From Alphaproteobacteria bacterium (GTDB lineage: Bacteria; Pseudomonadota; Alphaproteobacteria; Rickettsiales; SXRF01), in assembly GCA_043763155.1 (NCBI GenBank), contig JAYULW010000089.1:1308-65307 (forward strand): a stretch of 64,000 nt of DNA, written 5' to 3'. Shown here piece after piece: positions 26,624 to 37,003 of the stretch. Below the pieces are notes generated by a model. That model saw only the letters and a program-made list of their open reading frames with translations. It had not been told where the DNA came from and made no database searches. The position numbers and the translations under genes are program-made. Position 1 is the first letter of the stretch; every line of letters begins with the position of its first letter.

Positions 26624-27064
26624 TTACCAGAAAATCTGTTCTTTTTGACGTTTTGAAAGCTGCATCATGTCGGCGATGGAGCGGCCATCGAGGATGCTGG
26701 AAATGACGTTCCTCACCTCGATCATCATATGGCGGATGATGCAGTCTTCCTCGTGGGTGCAGTCTTCGCATTTCTTGTAATTGTTGGTGCTGGCGCAAGG
26801 GATGGGCGCAAGGCTGCCGTCCATTACGCGGATGACCTGCCCTGCCATAATCTCGGCAGGCGTGCGGCTGAGTATGTAGCCGCCGAAGATGCCGCGCTTG
26901 CTGTTGACGATGCCTTCGCGCTTCAAATCCTGCAAAATCGTTTCGAGGAATTTGGCGGGCACATCGGCTTCCTGCGCAATGGCTTTGCCCTGCATGGTTT
27001 TCTTTTCATGCAGGGATAACACGGTCAGGGCGCGAAGCGCATATTTGGCTTTCATAGATAGCAT
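26624..27064 (-). CDS. Rrf2-family transcriptional regulator
   Basis: MKAKYALRALTVLS ... wHTH (AIAQEADVPAKFLETILQDLKREGIV) plus a Cys cluster CASTNNYKKCEDCTHEEDC. Confidence 0.88.
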   Translation of the reverse strand: MLSMKAKYALRALTVLSLHEKKTMQGKAIAQEADVPAKFLETILQDLKREGIVNSKRGIFGGYILSRTPAEIMAGQVIRVMDGSLAPIPCASTNNYKKCEDCTHEEDCIIRHMMIEVRNVISSILDGRSIADMMQLSKRQKEQIFW

Positions 27065-27129
27065 ATGAAAACTATATGCATTAATTTATATAAAATCTAT
27101 AGGAATTTACAAAATTGTGTAAATACAGC

Positions 27130-28368
27130 TTACTGCTGTGGATCAGGGGCAGGGATTTTAGGGGGCTTGGCGGGGTATTCCTCGACCAGTCCCAAGCACT
27201 TGCCCGCGGGGAAAACGGTCCAGCCCTGCACCAGCAGCGAGATAACCACGACGGTGAAGGTAACGTTGAAAATGGTGTGGGTGGGGTCGAGCCCTTCGAG
27301 GGTAGGAATGATGGCAAGGAAGATGGGGACCGCGCCACGCAGGCCAACCCATGCGATGAAGGAGACTTCGTGGATGCTGTAGCGGAAGGGTGCGAGGCAG
27401 ACGACGACAGCCGCAGGGCGGGCAACGAAGAGGACCATGGCGATAAGGGCGGAAGCGCCGAGCTGGGCCATGAGCTGCGAGGGAACCACAAGCAAGCCGA
27501 TCATGATGAACATGGTGATTTGCGCGAGCCATGCGATGCCGTCGTAAAAGCGGGTGACGAGTTCTTTTTTGCGGATATGGGAATTGCCTACGATAAGGCC
27601 CGCGAGGTAGACAGCGAGGAAGCCGCTGGCGCCCATGAGCGCGGTGCTGCTGAAGATGAGCATACTGCCTGCGAGTACCAGCACGGGGAACAGGCCCGTG
27701 GTGAGCGGCAGGCGGTTTACGAGCCACGCAAGGCCCCTGCCCCCGCCATAACCGATGGAGATGCCCACGCTCATTTGCCAGGCGAAGCGGTTCAGGTAAT
27801 CGGGCCAGCCGCCGGTAAGGTGGCCGCTCAAGACTTCGACGAAAAGCATGGTGAGGAACACGGCCATGGGGTCGTTGATACCGGACTCCACTTCCAGCAG
27901 GGATTTGACACGCATTTTCAGGCCGGTGTGCTTTTTGTTGAGGAGTAAAAATACGGCTGCGGCGTCGGTGGAGGCGAGGATGGCGCCGAGCAGGAAGGCG
28001 ATGCTGCCCTCTAAATGGAACACGCTCATGATGGCAGCGCCCGTGATGCCCGTGGTGAGGAGGACGCCGAGGGTGGAGAGCGAAATGGCGGGCCACATGG
28101 ATTTGCGGAATACGGCGACGGGGGTGCGCAGGCCGCCGTCGAATAATACCACTGCGAGGGCTAGGCTTCCGATCATGTAGGCGTGGGGCATGTCGTTGAA
28201 GACAATGCCGCCGGGGCCTTCTTCGCCGAAGAGCGTGCCCACGATAAGGAAGATGAGAAGCAGAGGTGTGCCGAGGCGCGTGGAGGCGAGGCTTGCGAAA
28301 ACGCTCACCGTGAGAAGCAGGGAAATGACAAAAATAATTTCGATACTGTGGTTCACGGTTTGGCCCAA
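27130..28368 (-). CDS. Cation:proton antiporter (CPA1/NhaP-type, membrane domain only)
   Basis: About 12 TM segments. Na_H_exchanger-like motifs (ILASTDAAAVF, VESGINDPMAVF). Lacks the C-terminal soluble domain seen in many NhaP2 proteins. Confidence 0.8.
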   Translation of the reverse strand: MGQTVNHSIEIIFVISLLLTVSVFASLASTRLGTPLLLIFLIVGTLFGEEGPGGIVFNDMPHAYMIGSLALAVVLFDGGLRTPVAVFRKSMWPAISLSTLGVLLTTGITGAAIMSVFHLEGSIAFLLGAILASTDAAAVFLLLNKKHTGLKMRVKSLLEVESGINDPMAVFLTMLFVEVLSGHLTGGWPDYLNRFAWQMSVGISIGYGGGRGLAWLVNRLPLTTGLFPVLVLAGSMLIFSSTALMGASGFLAVYLAGLIVGNSHIRKKELVTRFYDGIAWLAQITMFIMIGLLVVPSQLMAQLGASALIAMVLFVARPAAVVVCLAPFRYSIHEVSFIAWVGLRGAVPIFLAIIPTLEGLDPTHTIFNVTFTVVVISLLVQGWTVFPAGKCLGLVEEYPAKPPKIPAPDPQQ

Positions 28369-28416
28369 TGTATATTTTTAGGTGACGGATGGATGTGGCA
28401 TGCGTATGGTGTTCCT

Positions 28417-28866
28417 ATGATGATGACCCCGCTCAAAACATACGTTAAAAAATATGCTGGCCCTGCCCTGCTCTGCACAGCTTTAGTGGTTTCGGGCGCA
28501 GCTGCAAAAGCCGCCGATAGTAAGGGATTATACCAGACCCTGTATTATGTATCGTGTGCGACTTATGTGCAGGATCGTAAAGAACCCGAAAATACGGGCA
28601 AGAACGCGGTGGACAAGATTTATGTAAGCGGCTGGCTTTCCGGGTATAACTACCTGACGCCCAACACGTATGATATTTTGCCGAATCATAACGTGGATAT
28701 AGTGCTGCAGTGGCTGGACCAGTTTTGCGCGAAGTCGCCTACCCAGAGTATTGAGGCGGGATTGCTGCAACTGACGTCGGATTTATATCCCGACCGGGTG
28801 CAGAATATGCCAGAGCAGCCTGCGGCGGACAAGGCACCGAAGAAGCCAAAAACTCAACCTAAATAG
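28417..28866 (+). CDS. Hypothetical periplasmic protein
   Basis: Signal peptide (MMMTPLKTYVKKYAGPALLCTALVVSGAAAKA) and a Lys/Pro tail. Start uncertain (28393 or 28417). The track ORF from 28183 is antisense to the antiporter. Confidence 0.55.
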   Translation: MMMTPLKTYVKKYAGPALLCTALVVSGAAAKAADSKGLYQTLYYVSCATYVQDRKEPENTGKNAVDKIYVSGWLSGYNYLTPNTYDILPNHNVDIVLQWLDQFCAKSPTQSIEAGLLQLTSDLYPDRVQNMPEQPAADKAPKKPKTQPK

Positions 28867-29675
28867 CGGCGCTGCATCTTAAGGGTGAAGCTTGCGTAGC
28901 CATAGACGGCGGCGGCGAGAAGCACCAGCGAGACGGACCAGAGCGGGCCGTACATCATGTAGCCGGTGGCGAGGTATCCCAGATACGTTATGGTGAAGAA
29001 GGACCCCGACCAGAGCAGCGCGCGCGAATGCAGGCGCAGGCCTGCGCGCTGGAAACCCAATGCCGCTGCGATGTAGAGCAGTTCGGCGATGCTGCCGCGG
29101 GTGAGCGTGAAGAGCGTGGTGAAAAACAGGCAGCTGCCTGCGACGTACCAGACGGGAGAAAGTTGCGCGAGTGTGGTGGCGGTGAGACCGTGGGCTACGA
29201 GCAGCATAGAGACGCCGAGGCCGAGCAGGATAACCTGGTCTTCGCCGCCGAGATAGTGCAGCAGCGCGAAGGTGAAGCAGTAGCTGAAGGCGATGACGTA
29301 CCCCAGAATGAATTTCAGGCGGTACTGCGCGTAGACGGCTATTTCCTGCGCGCCCATGAGCAGCATGATGAGCATGGCGCCGAGGCTGGTTTGCATTACG
29401 CCCGGCGCAGCCTTGCCCAGCAGCACCACCCAGCCGACGCTTTGCAGCAGTACGGCGATGAAGAAAATATATTTGCCGGGCGTTACGGTTTGGGGCTTTT
29501 GCCACGCCATCATGGCCAGCATGTGCAGCAGCATGCCACCGCCAAGGGTGGTGACGACGCGCACACCCGGACCCATGCTGGTCCAAAAGGCGATGAAGAA
29601 TACGCTGATACCGATAAAACCAAGCGCGATGGCGATGGGGATGGTGAGGTCGGACCTTGGTTGGTTTATGGTCAT
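28854..29675 (-). CDS. Hypothetical polytopic membrane protein (~8 TM)
   Basis: Highly hydrophobic ORF. The start at MTINQP forms an ATGA overlap with the upstream gene. Confidence 0.6.
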   Translation of the reverse strand: MTINQPRSDLTIPIAIALGFIGISVFFIAFWTSMGPGVRVVTTLGGGMLLHMLAMMAWQKPQTVTPGKYIFFIAVLLQSVGWVVLLGKAAPGVMQTSLGAMLIMLLMGAQEIAVYAQYRLKFILGYVIAFSYCFTFALLHYLGGEDQVILLGLGVSMLLVAHGLTATTLAQLSPVWYVAGSCLFFTTLFTLTRGSIAELLYIAAALGFQRAGLRLHSRALLWSGSFFTITYLGYLATGYMMYGPLWSVSLVLLAAAVYGYASFTLKMQRRYLG

Positions 29676-30259
29676 TTGTGCAGTACCCAACCTAGTGGCG
29701 TGATGGACTGGCGGCCATCGCCGGGTGGGCGGGGCACGGCGATATGGTGGGTGCCTTTGCTGATATAGGTGCCGCTACCGCCTACGTCCCAAAGGGATAA
29801 TTTCTGGTTTTCCGCGAGGCCATTGTCAATGGTGAAACCATCGGGCGATGTTGTCGGCACAATTTGCCAATCTTCGAGGACGGGAATAGGCACGAGATGG
29901 TGAGGCTCAAGGCGCTCGTCCTGCGTGGGGCGGTTATAGGGCTGCTTTAGGGGCAGGTCGGCAGGCGTGGGAATGGGGACTTCAAGGATCTGGCCCGTGG
30001 TGGGGCGCAGGCGGTAAATGTGGGGCCAGCCATAGCCGAAATTTTCGCCGACGAAGGTTGCGACCACATGGTCTGCCTGCACGGTGACGCGCAGGGCGTT
30101 GGGGGTGTCAGGGGTGTATCCCGTCATGTATAAAATATCATATTGCGGGTCGCCTTCGGAAAGGCGCGGCAGGTAGGCGGTGACGGTGTACCACAGCGCG
30201 ATGCACAGCGGCAGCGCAATGCCTGCCTTTAGCGACCATGAGGGCGGGAGGCGCTTCAT
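29672..30259 (-). CDS. Hypothetical membrane-anchored protein
   Basis: Start at MKRLPPSW forms an ATGA overlap with the ogt stop. Single N-terminal TM, and I recognise no motif in the rest. Confidence 0.55.
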   Translation of the reverse strand: MKRLPPSWSLKAGIALPLCIALWYTVTAYLPRLSEGDPQYDILYMTGYTPDTPNALRVTVQADHVVATFVGENFGYGWPHIYRLRPTTGQILEVPIPTPADLPLKQPYNRPTQDERLEPHHLVPIPVLEDWQIVPTTSPDGFTIDNGLAENQKLSLWDVGGSGTYISKGTHHIAVPRPPGDGRQSITPLGWVLHK

Positions 30260-30741
30260 GCGGCTGCTTCGTGGGTCAGGAGGAAGGTTTTGTTGTGCAG
30301 GCCGCCGGAAAAACCGGTGAGCGCGCCCGACTCGCCGATGACGCGGTGGCACGGCACGATGATGGGGATGGGGTTGCGGCCATTGGCCATGCCCATGGCG
30401 CGGGCCTTTTTGGGGTCGCCCACGCGCCGGGCCTGTTCGCCGTAAGAGATGGTTTCGCCGTAGGGGATTTTGCGCAGTTCCTTCCAGGCTTTGAGCTGGA
30501 AGATGGTGCCGCGCAGATCGAGCTTCAGGTCGAATTCCCTGCGCTTGCCTGCGAAATATTCGCCCAGTTGTTTTTCGGCGCGCAGGAGGTGGGGGTTGGT
30601 TTCGTTTGGTTCGGGCGGCACATCTGTTTTGCCGGGCATGGGGCCGAACTCGATGGCGGCCAGCCCCTTTTCAGACGCGACGAGGCACAGCGGGCCGACC
30701 GGCGAGGGAATGGTTTTATATTGCAGGGCGCTTTGGTTCAT
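30256..30741 (-). CDS. ogt: Methylated-DNA--protein-cysteine methyltransferase
   Basis: Active-site motif IVPCHRVIGESGALTGFSGGL and an upstream helix-turn-helix region. Start at MNQSAL. Confidence 0.88.
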   Translation of the reverse strand: MNQSALQYKTIPSPVGPLCLVASEKGLAAIEFGPMPGKTDVPPEPNETNPHLLRAEKQLGEYFAGKRREFDLKLDLRGTIFQLKAWKELRKIPYGETISYGEQARRVGDPKKARAMGMANGRNPIPIIVPCHRVIGESGALTGFSGGLHNKTFLLTHEAAA

Positions 30742-30854
30742 TAAGCGGTTATAGCGGATTTTCGGCCATGGCTGAAACATTATTTGCAGCCATGAAAAAG
30801 GCCGGTGCAAGCACCGGCCTTTCCATTATTCCCTGTTATATCTTAGCTGTGCCG

Positions 30855-31859
30855 CTATTTGGAGTATATCTGATCGAAAGTTCCTTTGTCGTCAAAGTGT
30901 TTTTTCTGGTTTTCTCTCCAGCCGCCAAGTTCGGCGATGGTTACCATTTTGACGGGCTTGAAGGTGGAGGCGTATTTGGCTGCCACTTTCTCATCCGTGG
31001 GGCGGTAGAAATCCTTCGCGGCGATTTCCTGCGCTTCGGGTGAGTAGAGATATTGCAGGTAGGCTTTGGCCACGTCGGTTACGCCTTTGCGGTCGGCGTT
31101 TTTATTGACGACGGCCACGGGGGGTTCTGCAAGGATGCTCAACGACGGGTACACGATTTCGTACTGGCCGGGGGCCTGCTTCTGGGCGAGGAAGGCTTCG
31201 TTTTCCCAGCCTACAAGCACGTCACCGATGCCGCGCTGCACGAAGGTGGTGGTGGAGCCGCGCGCGCCGGTGTCCAGCACTGGCACGTTTTTGAAGATCT
31301 TGCCGAGGAATTCTAAATCCTTGGCTTCGTCATGCGCGAATTTGTTGTCGGCGTAGGCCCATGCCGCCAGATAGTTCCAGCGCGCGCCGCCGGAGGTTTT
31401 GGGGTTTGGGGTGATGACTTTGATGCCGTCTCTGGTCAAATCATCCCAGTCCTTGATGGCTTTGGGGTTGCCCTTTTTCACCAGGAATACAATGGTGGAG
31501 GTGTAGGGCGAGGAGTTGTTGGGGAAGCTGCTTTGCCAGTCTTGCGGAAGCAGCTTGCCCTTGTCGGCGATGGCGTCAATGTCGTATGCCAGCGCGAGGG
31601 TTACGACGTCAGCCGGGAGGCCGTCAATGACGGAGCGGGCCTGCTTGCCGGAGCCGCCATGCGACTGGGTGATTTTCACGTCCTGCCCGGTTTTTTCTTT
31701 CCAGTAGGTCACGAAGAGCTTGTTAAAGTCGTCGTAAAACTCGCGGGTGGGATCGTAGGATACGTTCAGCAGTTCCACGCTGTCGGCGGCAAAAGCCGGG
31801 ACGGTGTGGGTGCTGATGCTGATCGCCGCAAGCAGGGCGAAGGTGCGTAATAGTTTCAT
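30855..31859 (-). CDS. sbp: Sulfate/thiosulfate ABC transporter substrate-binding protein
   Basis: Signal peptide plus Sbp/CysP-like sequence ([46 protein letters not shown]). Confidence 0.88.
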   Translation of the reverse strand: MKLLRTFALLAAISISTHTVPAFAADSVELLNVSYDPTREFYDDFNKLFVTYWKEKTGQDVKITQSHGGSGKQARSVIDGLPADVVTLALAYDIDAIADKGKLLPQDWQSSFPNNSSPYTSTIVFLVKKGNPKAIKDWDDLTRDGIKVITPNPKTSGGARWNYLAAWAYADNKFAHDEAKDLEFLGKIFKNVPVLDTGARGSTTTFVQRGIGDVLVGWENEAFLAQKQAPGQYEIVYPSLSILAEPPVAVVNKNADRKGVTDVAKAYLQYLYSPEAQEIAAKDFYRPTDEKVAAKYASTFKPVKMVTIAELGGWRENQKKHFDDKGTFDQIYSK

Positions 31860-31880
31860 GAAGTCACTCCTATATATAAA

Positions 31881-33377
31881 TTAGAAACGGAACTGGGCGA
31901 GTGCCAATAACACGTCTTCGTCTTCGCGGTTGCCGATAAGGGCGCCGCCATCGAAGGTGGTATGGGCATAGTCCAGGTTAAGTTTTAACGAGGTATTCAG
32001 GTACCAGTTGATGCCGAGCGAAGCTTCGTGCGCGGCTTTGGCTGAGGTGGTGATGTTTGAGAAGGTTGCACCTACGAAGGCGTCTTCGTCCACATGCAGG
32101 GCACCGGCGCGGGCGGTGAGTTCAAACGCACCCCACTGATGCTTGGCGGGGTCGAAGGGGCTTGCGGGTTTTACGCCGTCGAAGCTTGCGTCTTCACCCG
32201 TGATGACGTACGTGGCGATGCCGATCCATGCGTCGTTTTGCAGGGTGCGCTGGGTGGCACCGGCGCGCATTTCCTGACTGTTCAACACGTATTCACCCAA
32301 AAGGCTGAAGGGGCCTTTGTAATACGAGGCCTGCGGGTTTAAGCGCCACTGCACGCCGTTGCCGATGGTGGCGGCATTGTAGGTGAAGTAACGCGACTGG
32401 CCGATGGTGACATAACCGCTGGTGAGGCCGGAGTTGGCAACCGTTGCGTTGGTGTGGGTGCCGTAAGTTCCGGCGAGGCCCGCGCTTAAGCCGGAGAGCC
32501 AGGAGTTACCCAGCCAGCGGAAAGGCGTGGCCCAGATGCGGCCGTTGACGTCTTTGTGGTTGTCAATGTCGGTGTTGGTGTCAATGAGGTCCGGGGAGCC
32601 GTTGGTGAAGGCCAGCTGATATTCCAGCTGGTCGGGAATGATTTCGCCCATCAGCATAGCGCCGTTGTCACGCAGCGGCACAAGGTTGGTGGTCTGGCCG
32701 CGTTCACCGAAGAGCAATTCCTGCTCGGACTGCCAGCGCTCAAGCCCCACGGGGACTTTGAATTTGCCGAGGCGCAGGGCCGCTAAGCGTGATTCGGGGA
32801 AGGGTTTGATGTCGGCGTAGGCGTCGAAAATGCGGGTGCCGCCGTTGGCGAAGTCCAGCATGATGCGGCCCGATAGATAATCGGTCATCTTGGCTTCCAG
32901 AATCGGGCGGGCGGTGCGCACGGTAAAGGTGTTCAGGCTCGTGGTGTTGGAGTTGCCGAAGAAGTCGCGGCCCTCGATCTGCGCATAGCCGCGCAGGCGG
33001 AACTGGTACTGCTTATCGGCGGAGGTCACGATCAGGCCCTTGCCGTTACCAACTTCGATGGTAGGGGTTTTTTCGGCTTTGGCTTTGGCGTCTTCCTCGT
33101 TGTTTTCCTGCTTGCGCTCAAGCACTGCCACGCGCTCTTCCACCTTGGGGGATGCGGCTGCGGTTTTGGTTTTTTTGCCGCCAGCGGATGGGCTGAGGGT
33201 TGCTACGTCGTCGGTTTTATGGGCCTTTTCGCGGGCTTCCAGCTCGTTGATGCGGGCTTCGAGTTGCTTTACGGCTTTGCGCAGTGCGTCGGTTTCGGCG
33301 TCGGCGTGGGCGGAAGCGGGCACAAGGGTACTGAAGCTCACGCTCAGCAGCGTGCTGATGAGGAGATGTTTTTTCAT
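31881..33377 (-). CDS. Phosphate-selective-porin (OprO/OprP) family porin with N-terminal coiled coil
   Basis: Signal peptide, coiled-coil segment, then beta-strand-rich sequence ending in LALAQFRF (terminal Phe). Adjacent to sbp. Confidence 0.75.
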   Translation of the reverse strand: MKKHLLISTLLSVSFSTLVPASAHADAETDALRKAVKQLEARINELEAREKAHKTDDVATLSPSAGGKKTKTAAASPKVEERVAVLERKQENNEEDAKAKAEKTPTIEVGNGKGLIVTSADKQYQFRLRGYAQIEGRDFFGNSNTTSLNTFTVRTARPILEAKMTDYLSGRIMLDFANGGTRIFDAYADIKPFPESRLAALRLGKFKVPVGLERWQSEQELLFGERGQTTNLVPLRDNGAMLMGEIIPDQLEYQLAFTNGSPDLIDTNTDIDNHKDVNGRIWATPFRWLGNSWLSGLSAGLAGTYGTHTNATVANSGLTSGYVTIGQSRYFTYNAATIGNGVQWRLNPQASYYKGPFSLLGEYVLNSQEMRAGATQRTLQNDAWIGIATYVITGEDASFDGVKPASPFDPAKHQWGAFELTARAGALHVDEDAFVGATFSNITTSAKAAHEASLGINWYLNTSLKLNLDYAHTTFDGGALIGNREDEDVLLALAQFRF

Positions 33378-33545
33378 TAGAGTTTTCCTGATGTTTGCAT
33401 GGTTACCGTTGTGTTCTCATCCGTGAAATGGTGAACGGCCCAGTTTTCTGGTTGCGTGAAACCTCTGTATCCGAGAATCCCCACAAAATCAATAGGGATT
33501 TTCGGAGGGGTTGTTTTGCGAGCATTTTTTGCCTATAAGTGTGGC

Positions 33546-34019
33546 ATGTATAAAATACTTTTTGTCTGCACCGGAAACATCTGCCGCTCGCCCACCGCCG
33601 AAGGGGTGATGCGCCATTTCGTGGATGAAGCGGGCCTTTCGGGCAAGGTGCAGATAGACTCGGCGGGCACGACTGCGTTTCACGCCGGGGAAGCGCCCGA
33701 CATGCGCTCGGTGAAAGCGGCAAAACAGCGCGGCATTTTGATCGAGGGGTTGCGCTCGCGCAAAATTGCGCCGGGGGATTTCGATGCATTCGACCTGATC
33801 CTTGCGTGCGACAACGAGCATTTGCAGTTTTTGCGGCGCATGCAGCCGAAGGACTCGCGCGCGGAAGTTGCGCTGTTCCTTGCGTATGCGGGCGCAACGA
33901 AAGAAAACGAAGTGCCCGACCCCTATTACGGCGACGCATTTCAGTTTGAATATGTGCTTGACTTGATCGAGGCAGGTGTCAAACCTTTGATAGATAAACT
34001 TCACCAACAATTACGGTAA
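33546..34019 (+). CDS. Low-molecular-weight protein-tyrosine phosphatase
   Basis: P-loop FVCTGNICRSPTAEG and a DPYYG motif near the C-terminus. Start at MYKILF. Confidence 0.88.
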   Translation: MYKILFVCTGNICRSPTAEGVMRHFVDEAGLSGKVQIDSAGTTAFHAGEAPDMRSVKAAKQRGILIEGLRSRKIAPGDFDAFDLILACDNEHLQFLRRMQPKDSRAEVALFLAYAGATKENEVPDPYYGDAFQFEYVLDLIEAGVKPLIDKLHQQLR

Positions 34020-34020
34020 G

Positions 34021-35490
34021 ATGATGTTACATCCTGTTGCTTTGCTGACTGCCGAAGAAACCCGCAACGCCGACCAGGCTGCCATTTCCGGCAGCACCTC
34101 CGGCGAAACGCTGATGGAAAACGCTGGCAAGGCCATCGTGGATTTAATCACGCAGGAGTACAAACCCTGCAAGGTGCTGGTGGTGTGCGGCACGGGAAAT
34201 AACGGCGGCGACGGGTTTGTGACCGCGCGCATGCTGAAAGAAAAAAGCTGGGATGTAAGCCTTGCCAATATCGGCAATATTGACGACATCAAGGGCGATG
34301 CGAAAATTGCCAAGGATAAATGGAACATGGCGGGCGGCGCCACGCGCACCTACAACAAGGACCTGCTGAAAGACGCCGGACTTGTGGTTGACGCGATGTT
34401 TGGCACCGGGCTTGCGCGCGAAGTGGATGGCACGGCGAAAGAAGCGATTGCGGCCATCAACGAGAGTAAGATTGCTGTGGTTTCGATTGATGTGCCGAGC
34501 GGCATTAATACCGATACGGGCGCGATCATGGGGGTGGCGATTAAAGCTGCGAACACGGTGACGTTTGTGCGCCCGAAACCGGGGCATGTGCTGCTGCCGG
34601 GCAAGGCGCACACGGGCCAGCTGCATGTGTACGACATTGGCATCAGCGGCGATAAGGTGAAGCCGAAATTGTTTTTGAACGCCCCGGCGCTCTGGCAGCA
34701 TTTGCTGCCGTTGCCGAACCCGGATTCTAATAAATATAGCCGTGGGCATACCGTTATTCTTGGTGGCGGCATGAGCAGCACGGGCGCTTCGCGCCTTGCG
34801 GCAATGGCTGCGCTGCGCGTGGGCTCAGGCTTGGTGAGCGTGGCTTCCACGCAGGATGCGCTGCCGATTTATGCGATGTCGCTGACTGCCGTGATGACCA
34901 AACTTGCGGATAATGCAACGCAGCTTGCGGCTTTGCTGGATGATAAGCGCATCAGCGCGCTGCTGATCGGGCCGGGTTGCGGCGTGACGGAGCGTACGCG
35001 GGATAACACGCTCCAGATTTTGAAAAGCAACAAGGCCTGCGTGGTGGATGCGGATGCGCTGTCTATTTTCCAGTTTAACACCAAGCCACTGTTTGACGCG
35101 ATTGGCGGACCTACGGTGCTTACACCGCATGAGGGCGAGTTTGAGCGCTTGTTTGCCACCAAAGGCGTGAAGACGGAGCGCGCGAAAGATGCCGCCAAGC
35201 AAAGCGGCGCGGTGATTGTGCTTAAGGGCAACGACACGGTGATCGCGTCTCCTGATGGCCGGGTGAGCATTAACGCGAATGCGCCGGTGTGGCTGGCGAC
35301 TGCGGGTTCGGGCGATGTGCTGGCAGGGATTATCACGGGCCTGATGGGCCAGGGCATGCCTGCTTATGAAGCGGCGTGTGCGGGCACATGGATTCAGGGT
35401 GAAGTGGCGAACCGCTTTGGCCCCGGCCTGATTGCCGAAGATTTGCACTCAACCATGCCGGGCGTGCTTAAAGACCTGTATAATGCGTAA
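34021..35490 (+). CDS. nnr: Bifunctional NAD(P)H-hydrate repair enzyme (epimerase/dehydratase)
   Basis: YjeF_N part ([15 protein letters not shown]) and carbohydrate-kinase part ([14 protein letters not shown]). Confidence 0.88.
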   Translation: MMLHPVALLTAEETRNADQAAISGSTSGETLMENAGKAIVDLITQEYKPCKVLVVCGTGNNGGDGFVTARMLKEKSWDVSLANIGNIDDIKGDAKIAKDKWNMAGGATRTYNKDLLKDAGLVVDAMFGTGLAREVDGTAKEAIAAINESKIAVVSIDVPSGINTDTGAIMGVAIKAANTVTFVRPKPGHVLLPGKAHTGQLHVYDIGISGDKVKPKLFLNAPALWQHLLPLPNPDSNKYSRGHTVILGGGMSSTGASRLAAMAALRVGSGLVSVASTQDALPIYAMSLTAVMTKLADNATQLAALLDDKRISALLIGPGCGVTERTRDNTLQILKSNKACVVDADALSIFQFNTKPLFDAIGGPTVLTPHEGEFERLFATKGVKTERAKDAAKQSGAVIVLKGNDTVIASPDGRVSINANAPVWLATAGSGDVLAGIITGLMGQGMPAYEAACAGTWIQGEVANRFGPGLIAEDLHSTMPGVLKDLYNA

Positions 35491-35764
35491 TGTTTTACGG
35501 GTTATACTTTCGGGCCGTGTGCAGGGTGTGGGGTTTCGTGCGTGGGTGGTGGCCAATGCCACGCATGCGGGCCTTCAGGGCTGGGTGCGCAATGTGCAGG
35601 ACGGCAGTGTAGAGGCTGTGTTTTCCGGTGAAGACAGCGCGGTGAAGCAGATGATCGAGTCGTGCAAGAACGGGCCGGAAGCGGCGCGGGTGGACAAGAT
35701 CGAGGTATTTACCACCAAGGATGAGATTGCCGACGGGCCGTTTATGGCAAGGCAAACCGTTTAA
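35483..35764 (+). CDS. acyP: Acylphosphatase
   Basis: [16 protein letters not shown] ... [17 protein letters not shown] is the classical acylphosphatase signature. Overlaps the nnr end by 8 nt. Confidence 0.85.
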   Translation: MRNVLRVILSGRVQGVGFRAWVVANATHAGLQGWVRNVQDGSVEAVFSGEDSAVKQMIESCKNGPEAARVDKIEVFTTKDEIADGPFMARQTV

Positions 35765-35778
35765 TCAAAAAAAGCTGG

Positions 35779-36588
35779 TTAGCGCGTAAGCACAACTTCG
35801 GTTGTGCGGTCATCCGTTTTTTCGATGATATTGCTGAGGTAGTTCGCTTTTTGCGCGGCGAAGCTGCGGGTGGGTTTTTCCTGCTCTTGCTCTGGCGCGT
35901 GTGCGTGGGTGGGTTTTTGCGCGGCGATGGCTGGCGCGGCAGTAAGCTCTGGGGCGGGGGATTTTTCAAAAGCGCTGCCGTTTAAGATTTTGGTATACCC
36001 GTTGCTGAGTTTGTTTGAGATGTGGGCGAAGTTCACGCCCATGGTGGTTCCCAGCATGCCGATGACGGCAGCGCCTGCCACGCTTGCGGCAATGGTTCCG
36101 GCCTTGAAGCCCATGAGGGCAATGGCGGGCGCGGTGATGGGGCTCATGGCGGCGATGGCACCGAAGGCGGCAAATAATACGCCCATGACAAGCGAGGTTT
36201 TCCAGTTCAGCATTTTGGGGGGCTTGGCGGGTTGTTCGCCTTTGCCTGCGTTGTGGCCCTTGCGGATGCTTTGTTCTTCGATACCGGCGTTTACCGCGCC
36301 TGCGTTTGCGCCGACATCGGCACCGATGCCGATACCGAGCCATGCGGCTGCGCCGCCGAAGATGGCGGCATTACCTAATATTGCGCCAATGGCGGGGATG
36401 GCAGCTTCGGTTGCGCCGGGAACGGCCATGCTGAACAGGGCTGCGGGAAGGACAGAGGCGATGATGCCGCCCACGGCACCGAAAGCGCCAAACATGGTGG
36501 CGCCTGCTAAAAAGCCAGCGGTGCGCTTGCTCCATGTTTTTTTATGGATGCGGTCGTAGCTGTTATCCGTGTTTTGGCTTGTGGCCAT
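35779..36588 (-). CDS. Gly/Ala-rich (glycine-zipper-like) membrane protein
   Basis: Multiple GxxxG/AxxxA-rich hydrophobic stretches, a central charged loop, and a soluble C-terminal tail. Confidence 0.55.
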   Translation of the reverse strand: MATSQNTDNSYDRIHKKTWSKRTAGFLAGATMFGAFGAVGGIIASVLPAALFSMAVPGATEAAIPAIGAILGNAAIFGGAAAWLGIGIGADVGANAGAVNAGIEEQSIRKGHNAGKGEQPAKPPKMLNWKTSLVMGVLFAAFGAIAAMSPITAPAIALMGFKAGTIAASVAGAAVIGMLGTTMGVNFAHISNKLSNGYTKILNGSAFEKSPAPELTAAPAIAAQKPTHAHAPEQEQEKPTRSFAAQKANYLSNIIEKTDDRTTEVVLTR

Positions 36589-36742
36589 GCAAGAGGGGTT
36601 CCCGGTTGATGGATTAGTTGAGTTTTTAGAATAGCCTAAGGGTTAGCTTGGGGTAAGTTAAGATTATATGACAAGGCATGGGGCGATCATTGCCCTGAAT
36701 TATAAAGGAAAAACCGCTTTTACTTTGCCCTGCTGATTCTAC

Positions 36743-36985
36743 TTACTGGTATTCGGGGGGCACGGGCAGGTAGCGGTAGGGGTGGTTGCGGGCTTTTTCC
36801 TCTTCTTCGATGCACCAATCGTAGGAGGCGTCGCCGCGCATGGAACCCATGGCCATGCAGGTGGAATCGGACCCGGTGGAATTGGAGTATTGCACCGTGT
36901 TGGTGCGGAAGAAAGAGGCATACTGGCAGGCCGACAGGGCTTGCAGCAGGCATAGCGCGAGTAGCGCACGGCAACGAATCTTCAT
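36743..36985 (-). CDS. Small putative lipoprotein
   Basis: Signal peptide with lipobox LQALSAC, and further Cys residues downstream. Confidence 0.5.
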   Translation of the reverse strand: MKIRCRALLALCLLQALSACQYASFFRTNTVQYSNSTGSDSTCMAMGSMRGDASYDWCIEEEEKARNHPYRYLPVPPEYQ

Positions 36986-37003
36986 AGTCCCCTCCCCTTG
37001 GTT

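Noticed and set aside
27115-28096. 277-aa plus-strand and 312-aa minus-strand alternative-frame ORFs inside the antiporter gene.
   Set aside because: Only the 27130-28368 minus frame gives a 12-TM transporter-like protein. The others are Gly/Asp/Glu- or Arg/Pro/His-rich frame artefacts.
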